DNA from: Malacoraja senta
Taxonomy: Eukaryota
NCBI GenBank assembly: GCA_038087875.1
Contig: CM075990.1
Location: 11,100,001 to 11,164,000 of the forward strand
DNA: 64,000 bases
Direction: 5' to 3'
The notes under the pieces were generated by a model. The model saw nothing but the letters and a program-made list of their open reading frames with translations, was not told the origin of the DNA and did not search any database. Shown piece after piece: positions 48,319-62,469 of this stretch (positions are counted from its first letter, which is position 1; the number at the start of each line of letters is the position of its first letter). The position numbers and the translations under genes were made by a program.

Positions 48319-50207
48319 GAACTGAAATTGTAAAAAGGGAAGAGGTGAGCCACGATTTGGATGTAAGACAGAAGGGGGGAAATGAATGGAACAAACTGCC
48401 TAGTCAAGCTGGCGGTGTTGGCAAATTGAACACCTGCATTGGGCTTTGGTGCACAAAATGAGGAAGGGTTTAGTACAACAGGCTGCTTCCCTCCAGAGAG
48501 GGAGAGGTGTGGGGACTGGAGACAGAGCATTATGTGACAGAAAACCAAAACGTTGTTCAATTGAGTGAAATATATTCTGCTCATTATCTCTGTTTGACCT
48601 CACTTACACAGTGTAACAGGTCCGACAATCATTTACATTCAGAAAATGGTACAATTCACACTTTCAGCCTATTTCATCAACAGTCTTCATGAATTATTAC
48701 TGCAGTTTCCCCTCAAGCATTGTTTAAGAACCAATTACTTTTAATAGTATTTCCTGTAATGCACCATTTTTGATGCTACAAATGTGCAGATTGAAGCAGG
48801 CATTTATTGATTGCTTCAGAGGGACAAGAAAAGTATTCAACGCACACACTCTGCCTTCCCTGAACTCACTGTCTCATCGCAGCCACAGTATAAATGATTT
48901 ATATCGGGATTAATTGGAAACATGATTAAAGTAACATTTCATATCCTCAGTGTAAATAACATTACAAGAAATCATTCATGATATAATTTCAGATATCTAT
49001 TTGTCGGAACGTATTGAACGCAACAGGAACAAGGTTCTATGGGCTATTAATTTTGCAGAGACTTTACCTGTCCTCTTAAATAATAGTGGTCGATACAAAG
49101 ACACTTGTGTTGAAGGTAGGCTGAGAAACAGAGTTGTAGCTCGGGTTGCCGTGTGTATGGTGACACAATGGATAAAGGCCACTGACTTCAATCACTCAAC
49201 CATTGTCGATGGTATTCTCAGCTGCCAGGAACTTAAACTCTGGAACTTGCTCAGCCCTCTAAAAGCTACTTCTCATATAGATAGAAGATGGACACAAAAC
49301 GCTGGAGAGAAGGGCCTGGTGACGTTTCTGGTCGAGGCCCTTATAATGTCATCCATTCCTTCTCTCCAGAGATGCTGCCTGTCCTGCTGAGTTACTCCAG
49401 CATTTTGTGTCCATCTTTGATTTAAACCAGCACCTGCAGTTCCTTCCTACACATCTCATATAGGCTGTGGGGGTAGTGCATCTCCTTACCTCTATGGAAG
49501 GGTGTCATTCAGCCCATTGGCTTTGCGCTGGCCATAAATCACATTTCCCCCACTTATTTCCCTGTGATCTATTAACTTCAGGGAGGGTTACAGCAAGGAA
49601 AAAGGCCCTTCAGCCCACTCTGTACGTGCCATCCATCAAGCACCTCTTTTTTTTACATATAATTTTGAGTTTGAGTTTAGTTTATTGTCACGTGTACCGA
49701 GGTACAGTGAAAAGCTTTTGTTGTGTGCTAACCAGTCAGCGGAAAGACAATACATAATTCCAATCCAGCCGTCCACAGTGTACAGATACATGATAAAGGG
49801 ATCATGTATCTGTATACTGATCACCCATTCAAACTAGTTCTATGTTATCCCACTTTCTTAGCTACTCCATTCATACTTTTTTTTCTTGCACAGGCCAATT
49901 GACCTGCAAAGCTACAGGTCTTTGGGATGTGGGAAAGAGAATGTGCAGCCGGAGGAAATTCACAAGGTAAATGTGCAAACTCCACATAGAAAGCATCTGA
50001 TGGTCATGGTCCAACTCGGGTCTTTGGTGCTATGAGGCAGCAGCACTAGGGGCTGTGCCACTATGCCACTCTCATTACTGTGTTTCTCACCCTACCTCAT
50101 TTTATTCTCCCCACTTCTCCCCAAATACTACCACTCGCGTGAAGCAATTTACAGTCGATCAATTAACATGTGGGAGGAAACAAGAGCAACCAGAGGAAAT
50201 CTACATG

Positions 50208-50478
50208 GGGCGGCACAGTGGCGCAGCGGTAAAGCTGCCGCCTTACAGTGCCTGAGACCCGAGTCTTGTCTGTGCGGAGTTTGTACATTCTCCCTGTGGG
50301 TTTTCTCGAGGTGTTCTGGTTTCCTCTCACATTTCAAAGACATGCAGGTTTGTAGGTTAATTGGCTTCTGTAAAATTGTTCCTGGTGTGCAGGATAGAAC
50401 TGGTGTACGTGTGAGCACTGGTCAGCGCAGACTCGGTCGGCCAAAGGGCCTGTTTGCAAGCTGTACCTATAAACTAAA
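50208..50478 (+). mobile_element. HE1/V-SINE-type SINE within a cluster of SINE relics (49580-50770)
   Basis: Head ggcacagtggcgcagcggt, body, tail. Confidence 0.8.
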
Positions 50479-52081
50479 CATATTGTGAGAATGCGCAAAT
50501 TCCACGTAGAAAACACTGGAGGTCAGGATTGAACCACTTTGAGGCAGCGGCTCTACTAGATGTACCATTGTGCTGTCCTTCACACATGCCCATCAACATC
50601 TCTATCACTCTCCCACCAACCACATGCAGGTAACTTTCAATAACCTACAAACCAGCATGTCTTTGGGATGTCGGAGGAAGTCCATGTGGCCACAGTGAGA
50701 ACGTGAAAACTCCATACAGATAGCATCTGAGTTCAGAATTGAACCCAGGTTCCTGGTGCTGAGAGACAGCTTCAGGGCCGATAGAGTGCCGAGCTTTTGC
50801 TTGCCGGTCCTAACATCATCTCTTGTGACTCGGTCGCACTTTTTGTTCAATGGTTGCTCCTTTGCGATACTACACTATCTTCACGATGTGTGTTAGAAAC
50901 ACAACTTCCTGTTGTTGAAATGGGGATGGAGAATCAACATCCCTCCACATTGGTTCTGACATACGCCATATCCGAACCAGTGAAACAGCAAACAGTTCAA
51001 ACATGGGATGACTTTTCCGGTCAAACACACTTTGTCATCTGCACTGCTTACCATCTATTGCCTTGATAAGTACTCTGCAGTTATTTCCAACTCTGTAATA
51101 AATGTTCCTTCAGCTTGTTCTATCAATCTCTTGAAAATATCCAAATAGTGCTCCACAAGATTTGGTGTTAAATACATGCCTAAGCCAGAAGGATTAGAAG
51201 GCAAAGATCGACACAAAAAGCAGGAGTAAATCAGCAGGACAGGCAGCATCTCTGGAGAGAAGGAATGGGTGACATTTTGGGTCGAGACCCTTCTTCAGAA
51301 TGACCCTTCTTCAGCCTGTCCCGCTGAGTTACTCCAGGTTTTTGTGTCTATCTTCGGTTTAAACCAGCATCTGCAGTTCTTTCATACACAGAAGGCAGCT
51401 ATGAAGGCACATAGGAAGAGATTATTTAACTCCTGACGTTGTTTTATGGCTGACCTCCATGTATATTTTTCTTCCTCAAGTCCTTAACACAGTCAATGAA
51501 CACAATCTGTCAATTTCAGATTTACAACTAAGGATTGAGCCAGCCATGCTTGCCATTTTGTGGAAGAGAATTCCAACCTTTGATCCCCAATGCGCGCTGA
51601 TTAATTTGGAAACCACTCCGGAAAGGCCTGATGCAGATATTTGGATCACATTCCTGCTCCTCGAATCCAGCCGGACTGTGTAACGTTACTGAAAGATTCA
51701 GATGGCAAAACTAATGAATGAAGGATGATTTATTTACAACTGCTGCACGACCCCAGGATAAGTGTGAATTTGTCATCATTCAGAACATTTCCAGACGATT
51801 TATTATTTCATGGTGTTATGAGATCGGATTGGTAAAGTGTGGTCCAAGCTGATGACCAATGGTTTTCACAGCAACGACTACAGTGCACAATTATAGATGT
51901 GGATGGGCCAGGTAAGAACATGTGATTTCCTTCTCTCAGAGGCTTTAATTGGGTTTTTTCTGATAACCCAAAAGTTCCATGATCATTGATACTGAGTTTA
52001 GTTTGGTACGGTACTTTATTTGTCACGTGTACCGAGGTACAGTGAAATTCATTTTTGTTTACAGTTCAGTATAAGTGTCAC

Positions 52082-52727
52082 CAGCGGCGGAAAACCCGGG
52101 GGGGGGAGCAGAGGGGACATGTCCCCCCCATGTTTTGAGTGGTGGGGGACACCCCCCCCCAAGTTTTTGTGATCCGTATTATAAAATCTCCGCTTTCCGC
52201 GGGACAGTGGGGGTGGGACTGATGATCGAGGGCGCGATGATTGGAGGAGGGAGGAGCGGGGGGGGGGGGGGGGGGGGGTGGGACTGAGGATAGAGTGCGG
52301 CGATTGGAGGAGGGACACAGACCTGCGCCTCATCCGTAGGCAGGATCGATCCCGGCCGGGTCTCCGGCGCTGTCCCAAGTGCCCCCCCCCCCCACGGGTG
52401 GCCAGAGAGGTCGGGAGTCAGACATGAGCTGTGCCCCCAGGCCCACAGCCAGCGCAGAGAAACAGCACTAAACCCAGCTCAACTCTGCCTGTCCCGCCAC
52501 GTTAACCTGCCTGGACTTGCGGGAAATATGGCCAGCGCGGAGAAGCAGCGCTGGTGTCCCGTCAGTCCAGGCAGGGCTGTAGTTAACCTGGTGAGACAGG
52601 CAGTGTTGAGCTGGGTTGAGCCTCCGAAGCCTCGCGCACGTGTGAGTGAGTGTGCGAATGAGCGCGCGGCCGCCAAAAAATTGTGTCCCCCGTCCCCTCC
52701 ATGTTTTGATAGCGAGTTCCACTCTTG
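52082..52727. mobile_element. hAT-like MITE, GC-rich
   Basis: 8-bp TSD agtgtcac at 52074-52081 and 52728-52735; imperfect TIR cagcggcggaa/ttccactcttg; repeated subterminal tcccc.ccatgttttga. Confidence 0.75.
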
Positions 52728-53301
52728 AGTGTCACTATACATAAGCACTTAGATAAGATAGACATATTGGATAAGCATCTCAGATATAGTACAAGTGTCC
52801 AACAGTTGTACACCGAGACAGTATACAGAGTCGCCAGTTTGGCACCATTTTCAAGTCCCAGTTGTTGTAAGTGCAGGGATCTTGATCAGACCATGAAGGT
52901 CTGTTGTTCTGGCGGCGTTGCAGGGTCAGCCTGGCCAAGCGTAGCCATGTTGTCCTCCGCCACTACTCCTTTATTCTCACGTGCACTGAGATACAGTGAA
53001 AGGCTTTTGTTGCCTGTTAACCAGCCAGCAGAAAGACAATACATGATTGCTGATGCTGTTTTCTTGAATAATTTTGGATTAATTAGTCAAATTTGATTAC
53101 CCGAATCATGGTTGGGTTTGAATTAGTCTCAGATCATTACGCTAGCATTACTAGGTTGGCGATGCAGCCATTACAGGAACCTACTATTCCAGAGCTCTTG
53201 CTACTGCACTTTTAAACTCGCATATTTGCTAATTGATATCCTATATTACCTGTACTTGGATTTTCAAGAAGGCTCTCATCCCAAAATGTCACCCATTTCT
53301 T

Positions 53302-53329
53302 CTGAAGAAGGGTTTCGGCCCGAAACGTT
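53302..53329 (+). ncRNA. Minimal hammerhead ribozyme core, second subfamily
   Basis: CTGAAGA-A-GGGTT-TC-GGCCC-GAAAC-GTT; helix II retained through G-U pairs. Confidence 0.68.
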
Positions 53330-53499
53330 GCCTATTTCCTTCGCTCCATAGATGCTGCCGCACCCGCTGAGTTTCTCCAGCACTTTTGTCTATCTTCGAT
53401 TTTCCAGCATCTGCAGTTCCTTCTTGAACAACCCATTCCTTCTCTCCAGGGATGCTGCCTGTCCCACTGAGTTACTCCAGCTTTTAGTGTCTATCTTTG

Positions 53500-56400
53500 G
53501 ATTCCATTTGCTGTTGTATCCTTACATTTAGTAGTTTCACCCTACTGAAATAATTTTCTCTTTCATTCTTCCATCCAAAGTGAATAAATACCCCCAATAC
53601 TTTCCCTTTCTCTACCTGACAACTTTGTATCCATTCTTTTACTCTTTCTATATCTCTCTACAGACTCTTTGTGAGCTCACCCACGTCTTTTTGTATCATT
53701 AATAAATATAGACTCTCCATCTAATATTGATTGTGAATGATTGAGCCTAGCACGGTTACTGATTGCCAATCTGAAAAGAACCCTTTTGAACCTACTCTTA
53801 TTTTTCAATTATTTAACCACTACTGCTCCTTGCCAATAATACAATTTTCTCTTCACTTGACTATTAACATTTAATGTGGCACTTTATACCTTATGGAAAT
53901 TCTAATACCCTACAACTACTGATTCCCCTATATTGATTCTGTTTTCAAAGAATTCAATCAAATTTATCAAATGATTCTCTTTCTGAAAACCATGCAACTC
54001 TGGTTGGTTTTCTAAAGATCCTATACCTATCTACTCACATATAGATTCCTGCAATTTGCCAGTGAGTGATATTGGGCTGTCTGGCCTATTGTTTCCTTCT
54101 TTTTGTTTCCCTCCGTTCTTGAATTATGGCATTAATATTTGCAATTTTGCAATCCTTTGTGACCTCTCCAGAATTCAGACAAATTCAGTAGATTAAAACC
54201 AAGGCATCCACTGTCTCTGCAACATTTCCTTTCTCACTCCAGGGTTCACACCATCAGATCCGGAAACTTGTAAGAAGGAACTGCAGATGCTGGTTTAAAC
54301 TGTAGATAGACACAAAAAGCTGGAGTAACTCAGCGGGTCAGGCAGCATCTCTGGAGAAAAGGAACAGGTGACCTTTCGGGTCGAGACCCTTCTTCAGACT
54401 GTCAGGGGAAAGGGAAACAAGATATATAGATGGTGATGTAGAGAGATCTAGAACAAATTAATGAAAGGTCTGCAAAAAAGTATTGATGATAAAGGAAACA
54501 GGCCATTGTTAGATGTCTGTTAGATGAGAATGAGTACAGTCAATGAGACTCAACAAGACAACTTTGAAGCTGCTACGACTTGGTTGGGGGAGGGATGGAG
54601 AGAGAGAGGGAATGCAGGAGTTACTGCATTTAAGAATGAAAGAGAAATCAACATTCATAACACTGGGTAAGATACCCAGCCTTTATGGACTTTAGCCCCG
54701 TTAATTTGCCAGGCATCCTTTCTCTAGCGGTGGTGATTTGTTTTAAGTTTCTTCCCCCCTTTATCACCCGAATGAGCTATTATTTTTTTGGATGGTATAG
54801 GTGTCTTCTATCATGAGGACCCATCAAAAATAATTGTTTGGAATCTTTGCCACTCCTCTATTTCCTATTCAACCATTTCCAATCTTATTCATTAAGGATC
54901 CAATGATTACCTTACCGACTCTCATGTTTTATATACCCATAGAATTTCTTAATGTCTGTTCTTGCAAATTGCTGGAATGTATTGGTTAATTATAGGAGTT
55001 AATTCTAGGATCTTTAGAAAATCATAGCACAATCAAGCAGAGTTGTGCAGTGTTATTAAAAAGAATCATTTGCTAGTTTACTATCTTGTTTTGCATTAAA
55101 TTTCTTTTCATCTTTTGTTTATTGCTAAAAAAACTCATTTACTTTACAATACTGTATGTCTTTTCTTACTTTAGGTGCCATCCGTCATTTCCTTGAATAT
55201 CCACAGACGGTACACTCTTCTCATTGAAATGTACCTTGACTGAGATTTCTGAAATATCTCCTTAAAGACTCTACCACTCTGATCCTCTCTGTCCAAGGTC
55301 TCCTCCATTGGCAGTGCTGCTGGAAGCAAATTGGAGGAACAGCATCTCATATTTCGCTTGGGCAGCTTACAACCCAGTGGTAGGACTATTGATTTCTCTA
55401 ACTTCAAGTAACCCCAGCATTCCATCTCTCTCCATCCCTCCACCACCCAAGCCTCACCAGCTTCTCGTTTTCACCCAACAAGCAGCTAACAATGGCCTGA
55501 CCCCTCTATCATCATTACTTTTTTGCATATCTTTCATTCATTGTTCTATATCACTCTTTTGCACCGTCTATATCTCTCGTTTCCCTTTCCCATGACTTTC
55601 AGTCTGAAGAAGGGTCTCGACCTGAAAGGTCACCCATTCCTTCTCTCCAGAGATGCTGCCTGCCCCGCTGAATTGCTCCAGCTTTTTGTGTCTATCTTCG
55701 CCTTATCCGTTAATCTATCTTCCCAATCCACTTTAGCCATATCTGTTGTCATACCATTGTAATCCTCTTTAATTAAATTTAGTTCCCAAGTTTCTTTCCC
55801 TTAAACAATATTTGAAATTGTATCATTCTAGGATCACCCTTTCCTTAAGATTTTTTAAAAACACTAATTTAAGATGAGGAGGAATTTCTTTAGTCAGAGA
55901 GTGGTGAATCTGTGAAATTCATTGCCACAGAAGGCTGTGGAGGTCAAGCCAATGGATATTTTTAAGGCGGAGATTGACAGATTCTGGATCAGCAAGAGTG
56001 TCAGGGGCTATGGGGCGAAGGCAGGAGAATGGGGTGAGAGGGAAAGATAGATCAGCCATGATGGAATGGCAGAGTAAACTTGATTGGCTGAATGGCCTAA
56101 TTCTGCTCCTCGAACTTATGAACTTAATCTTAATAGACAATAGCAGATCTTAAATATCCTGCTCCTGGGTTGATTCCTCAATGTGTTACTCCAAGAAACC
56201 ATCTCTAATCCAATCTTTGAAACACCACTAAGTCACCTTTGCCAATTTGATTTGCCCAAGTTATATGATAAATAAAACAACCCTTGATTATTGCAGTATT
56301 TTTATAAATCCCCATTATTTGTTGCTGCATGCTCTTGCCCTTGTGTATAGTGTCTGCGAGATGACTAATCTCTGCAACCAGACACTTCCTGAAACTGAGA
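53500..56400 (-). mobile_element. Long, heavily decayed CR1-like LINE broken by PLE (54273-54670, 55270-55700) and CR1 insertions
   Basis: Antisense RT-like motifs (aaaaccatgcaactc, ggctgtctggcctattgtttcc, ccagaattcagacaaattc) spread over the interval. Confidence 0.5.
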
Positions 56401-57734
56401 GCGCGATGGAGGTCGCACCTCAAAATAAGATGTTAACATCAGCTGCTGATGTTTCGACTTAACTGGAACTGACACAAAATATGTCAGATGGATTGAACTT
56501 ATAAACAGGGAGTTGTTAATTTAGATAGAGACACAATGCTGGAGCATTACTCCATCATTTTTTGTCTATCTTCAATGTAAATCAGCATCTGCAGTTCCTT
56601 CCTACACGAGTTGTTAATTTAGTTTTGTCTTAAGCAATGTACATTTTTGACTGTATTTTGTGCATGTATGAATGTTCTCATGCAAATTAAAGGAAGGAGA
56701 GATGTGATAACCTTGGGGTACTTGGGACCTTGTGAATAACTTTTGTTAGCCTAGTCTTATCATTGCACTCCCGTGGTGAGGTGGAAAAGAAGATAAACTG
56801 CTCCCAGTGGCTGGCACATGGTTGTTGAACCCACAGTGATGAACTCGTGTTTTATGCAATTTATCCTCAATACATGGATCCATTGAGAGATGCTGTTATG
56901 ATGGATTGTGTTTATATTTTGTGAGTGTAACAGGGTGTAACATTTTAACATGTACATTGGAAATGTGTTTTTTTCCCCATCATTGCCTCAGCAAAACGCA
57001 ACGTATCTGGTTTATTTATTCTTCTGCAGGGACATTAACCTACTTTGAGAAAGTTAATGTCGATGCTGGATAAAAAAGGCACCAGGGTATTTTTTGAATG
57101 AATATTTAACAATTTAGCACATTAATATTCAATGATTCTAAACTCAAAAGTTTCAAAGTCAAATCTGTCCACATTCAATTCCCATTAAAAACCAAGGGCA
57201 ATCTGGAAAGTTTTGATTGGCAAAAAGCAGCACGCTAGGTTTTCTGGATGCTTTCATTAGTCAAAGAGGCACAAGCAAGGTAGATGTAGATATAGAATAA
57301 GGGACCAATCCTTTAAAACTGAGGTGCATAAAAATGCCATCTCTGAAGGTCGTGAATCATCAAAATTCTTTGGTCCCGAACGTGTTCAACAGCAAAGCAG
57401 AAGGTATATATTTAAGGTGGAGATTGATAAATAGTTGAAAGATTAAAACATTGAGGATTATGGGGAACTGGGACATGAGGAGTTGAGGCCAGCATAGATC
57501 GGCCATCATCATATTGGACAGATAGGGTAGACAGTCAGAATCTTTTTCCCAGGATGGAACTCAAACACTGGAGGGCATAGTTTGGAGGTGAGTGGGGCAA
57601 AGTTCACGGGGCAAGTTTTTTACGCAGAGGGTGGTAGGTGCCTGGAAGGCACTGCAGAGATGCTGGTGGAGGCAAATACAATAGTGGCCTTTAAGAGGTT
57701 TTAGTATAGGCACATAGGCATATGGAGGGACAAA

Positions 57735-57945
57735 ATGTGTATGAAGGAACTGCAGATGCTGGTTTAAACCGAAGATAGACACAAAATGCTGGAGTAGCTC
57801 AGCGGGACGGGCAGCATCTCTGGAGAGAAGGAATGGGTGACGATTCGGGTCGAAGAAGAGTCTCGACCCGAAACGCCACCCATTCCTTCAGTCCAGAGAT
57901 GCTGCCTGTCCTGCTGAGTTACTTCAGCATTTTGTGTCTATCTTT
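57735..57945. mobile_element. Palindromic Penelope-derived mini-element inside a CR1 tail
   Basis: Inverted arms; atatggaggga duplicated on both sides. Confidence 0.85.
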
Positions 57946-58730
57946 GGATATGGAGGGATATGGATTATGTGCAGGCAAATAAGAGGTTGACATAAAGTGT
58001 TGGAGTAACTCAGCGGGACAGGCAACATCTCTGGACAACATGGATAGATGATGGTCAATAAGTCTGAAGAAGGGTCCTGACCCAAAACATCACCTAACCA
58101 CGTCCTCTAGAGACTTACTCCAGTGTTTTGTGTAATTTTTTGTAAATAAGCATGTGCAGTTCTTGTATTTCCAGATAAGTGGTTGTCTTGACATCATGTT
58201 CTGCACAGTCATTGTGGGCCGAAGGGACTGTTCCTGTGTTGCACTGTTTTATGTTACATATTCTTTAAATGGTGGGCCAGGCATGAGGGGCTGATTTGTC
58301 TACTCCTGCTCCTGTATTCTCGTGACTGTGTCCCCTCTAGATAAAGTAGTCTAGTTGGGTACGTGTGCCTGTATTTGAAGTTGCAGAATGGCGCAGACCT
58401 AAGTTAGGCAACTGTCTTTGTGAATCTCATCTGCAGAGATGCTACTCCTATGATAAGTCTACTTTTAAACCATGAGTGGATGGGCACCTGGATGATTTGC
58501 CCTCCCATGCCTTGTTCCACCTGGTCCTGTACCTATTTGTCTGTCTGTGATGTTCTTGATGCCTGTGGTATCCAATGCAGCAGGAGAAATGCAATGTGAA
58601 GCCAACATGTCCATTGAAAGTCAGTGCATAGTGCAGAAACCTTGGCAATGCAAGCTAGACTCAGTGTTAATTGAGACTAATTTATAAAGCTATGAGACTG
58701 GATCAGTGCAGCAGAAAAAAAGCTATCGGG

Positions 58731-58758
58731 CTGCCGAGCAAAGATCTTTGCTGCCGAG
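58731..58758. mobile_element. Probable excision footprint of the 16062-16460 MITE family
   Basis: ctgccgag-CAAAGATCTTTG-ctgccgag: fused left and right TIR ends between 8-bp direct repeats. Confidence 0.8.
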
Positions 58759-61194
58759 TGCCATGGAACAGCAAGGCAGATAATGGAATATGAGTGTGGG
58801 CTATTTAAATAGAATGAAATTGGGGGGGGGGGGAGGGGGGGGGAAGCAGATCAAGTGAAGGCTGATTATTTTGTGAGAGATTGAAACCTTTTATTCTGTA
58901 TTTTCTGAAATAACTGAACATTGGCTATTCCACTGTTTAAAAATTTGGGGAGAATTTTATGTTGGAGCATTCTTTCTAGCACTTTCCTAAATTTCTACTG
59001 GAAATTCGGATTAGCTCAACTGCAGTGTTTTAAGATACATGAAAATGAGTGCAAAATCATTCAAGTCAACCTTAATTTCAATCATAATTTTTTGCCGAGA
59101 GTTGTGAGCGGACATTTCTGGGTCGAGTTATCCTTCAGTTGAGGTGATCTACACCTTCAGATGCATGTAGAGGAACAATTGCTCGACTTTAAGGAAAATA
59201 ACGGGATGTGTCCCCATCACCCGACTATAAAAAAATGTTCCTCACTCAGTATGAAAGAATGTTGTCACATTGCTGTTTGTTGGAGTTTCCTGTGTAATAC
59301 CACTCCAACAACTATAAAGTACTGATTCAGATGCAAAGTATTTGTTCTTGTGCAACATCTTAAGCTGATGCGGTAAAAGTTCAAGTTGTTGTTTTCTGTC
59401 TGTGTACTTTGGCACAAAAGTAGATTCTCTGAAGCTATGGAATATATGAGAGAGACTTGGTGTTCTTTACCCACAAATGAAAATATAATGTGAAGGAAGA
59501 TTTATTACAGCTCCAAAAGCTTGGGTGAAATTAACCCATCGGACCATTCTTACCCTGCGTTTCGTGACATTAATCTTCTGAAGCCCAGCAGGTGTGAATC
59601 CTGCCAACATTTTATTGTCTGTGCATTAGTTTGCACTTAATCACACTCTGCTAGAGGTACTGTAATAGGTATGTCTTTTGAATTGTCAAGATAGTGAGTC
59701 TTTAGGTGCACCAGTGAGTGAAAAGCATCCAGTTCAATAACATCAACAATTGTATTTACCTAGTGTTCTGGAAATGCCTTCATAAATCTTTCCATCTCTC
59801 CTTCTGTAAGACCCATCTGTCACCTGTTCTAATTTTGCTTGGTATTACATTTTGTTTCACTATGCTCAGAAAGGCATTTTGGAATGCTTCAAAGGTTAAA
59901 AAAATGCCCAAAAAAGCTCTGAAGCTGGTGAATGATTTGGGTTAGGATCAGTCTTAATCAAACAGAGGTTGAAAATGTTTAATTCACTTGCTGTAATCTT
60001 CTGGCACATAATCAACAGTAACATGCTTATAATGTAAGTGTTTTAGTGCATAATATAGCCAAATAATGTTTAGCTGCGATAATAAAGGCATTAATAAAGT
60101 CCAGAGATATGGAGGGGTAAGGAGTGAAAACGATAGATCAAAGCAGATGCTGGTAAGGAAATGTAGAATGGTTTGTTGATAGCTGAGGGTTAGTTGTATG
60201 CCTTTTTGTCATCTTCCCCTCAGCTAACAATGAGCCGTTCTAAAGTCTAGTATAAAGGAAAGAGTTTCAGCACAGATGAGGCAATGCAGTGGGAGAGTTG
60301 GGTGAAATGGACACAAAATGCTGAAGTAACTCAGCGGGACAGCTAGCATCTCTGGATAGAAGGACTGGATGATGTTTCGGGTCGAGACTCTCCTTCAGAT
60401 GACCCGACCGACTCGTCTTGACCCGAAACGCCACCCATTCCTTCTATCCAGAGATGCTGCCTGCCCCGCTGTGTTACTCCAGCATTTTGTGTCTACCTTC
60501 AGTGCAAACCAGCATCTGCAGTTCCTTCCGACACATTATTGTGATGGAGATGGGTGGTATTATTGAGCTAGGCTTAGTGATTCCAGGGATACGTGTTCTG
60601 AAATTCCACTCTGGGTCAGCTGTGACATAAATGTTACAAATGGACTGTCTCAAGTTGAGACAACTGCCGAAGAGAAGGATGAAGCTGGTGATGCTAAATG
60701 AAGGCAATGGCCCTGCGAATTACAACCCCCACATAAATGCAAATCTTAGTTTTCAGCCCGGAATGGAATTTTCCTCTCAATCTTCATGATTTAAACTGCA
60801 GCCAAGAAGTCTGTTTTCGGCAAATACTTCATCTCAGCTCTTTTTACTTGGTTTGCTTAAAATTGTTGGCGTTGAGAATGAAGGTCACGATAGCGGGTGC
60901 ACAATTCACTGATCAACAGCTGCAATGGTTTCTAATGTGCCGTGGGAAGCCACACAACTTCCCTGCAGGTAGTTTGAATTCCCACTGCTTTACCTTATGC
61001 ACCAGTACTTAAAAAGCAAGGGAGTATCATTCTGGAAATGACAAGGACCAAGGAGTCATCTTCACAGTTTCCTGCTGGATGCATGATCAGCCGTGAGGAA
61101 TGCCTCAGTCTGTGGTCCTCTCCTCTCTTGAGTTTGAAGGTTATACATTTCTACATCGTACTTCAGCAACTTGTGCATTAAATCGGGGACTCAC

Positions 61195-61840
61195 CGTGCA
61201 TGGTAGTGCTGTGGGAATGGTGCGCTATTGAAGATACCTCCCTTCAGATGGGATATTAAGGCAAGCCCCATATACCCTCTTGATAATGTAAAAGACCACA
61301 CAATGCTATTTCAGTGAGGAGTTTGGGAGACCTCACATATCCTGGGACTGACATGTATCATTCACCCAACATCACAGCACAGGCCACCACTAGTAGAACT
61401 GCTGCCTCACAGAGCCAGACCCAGGCTCGATCCTGCCTCTGGTGCTGTCTGTGTGGAGTTTGCACATTCCCCCATGGGCTTCCTCCTAGTGCTCAAATTT
61501 CCTCCCACATCCAAAAGATGTACACATATGTATGTTAATTAGCATCTGTAAAATTGCCCCTAGTGTGTAGGGAGTGGATAATGTAGAACCAGTGTGAATG
61601 AGTGATAGATGGTTGGCATGGACTCAGTGGGCCGAAGGGCCTGATTCCATGCTGTATCTCTAAACTAAGCATCACCAAGTTGGATTATCAGTCTGTTTTC
61701 ACAATGGTGACAAGGGGGAGTTTTAGTTGTGCAAAACAGCCCACTTTATTCCAACATCAGTAGTGACTACACTTCAACAACTATTTCAGTAGCTGCAAAG
61801 TTTTCTGGCACAACCTAAGGTTATGGAAGAAGCTGTAGAA
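61195..61840 (+). mobile_element. DeuSINE-like relic interrupted by a V-SINE (~61378-61668)
   Basis: Deu-like segment resumes after the SINE tail with cagtagtgactacacttcaa. Confidence 0.6.
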
Positions 61841-62469
61841 ACCTCTCTTTTCCTGCTTCTTCCCCCTGCTACTACCATCTGAAGAATGGTCCCGACCCGA
61901 AATGTTGTCCATTTCCTCTATCAATGCTCCATCCGCTGAGTTCCTCCAGCACTTTCAGATAGTTAAATAAACCATGTAAGCTTTTCTTTCAGGATGTTAT
62001 TAGTCAGTAACGTGCGAGGTGAACACTTTCCTGAGTCAAGTTCCCTGAGCAAAGATAGATACAGCTGGGTGAGGCAGCATCTCTGGAGAAAAGGAATAGG
62101 TTTCAGGTGTAGACCCTTCTGCAGACTGAGAGTCAGGAGAGAGAGAAACTAGAGGTCAGACAAGGTGCAAAGATCAAATGAGCTCTGGTATCAAGATTGG
62201 GGGTCTGAATATGAAGTATTTACACTACATGTAGCGATGAGAGCAGGAATTTATTCTAATTTCTTACATTCACACTTACTAAATCCCGTTTTTTCTATTT
62301 ACTGCAAAGTTTTGTTTCACTCTCGGCAGATGCCTTCTGATCCACAATCCCGTTCCAACATTTTCAATGTTAAACTCATATTTACTATATGGAAATTGCT
62401 CAAAAGTTTAAGCTGGTTTAATAAACTTTAGATCATGTTATAGAGTAATGTGACTTGGTAGCAGACCAA

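Noticed and set aside
51055..51249. Protein-like ORF MYLTPNLVEHYLDIFKRLIEQAEGTFITELEITAE
   Set aside because: The frame hits a stop before the only strong donor, its start is in a repeat, and no homolog is recognised; unresolved rather than disproved
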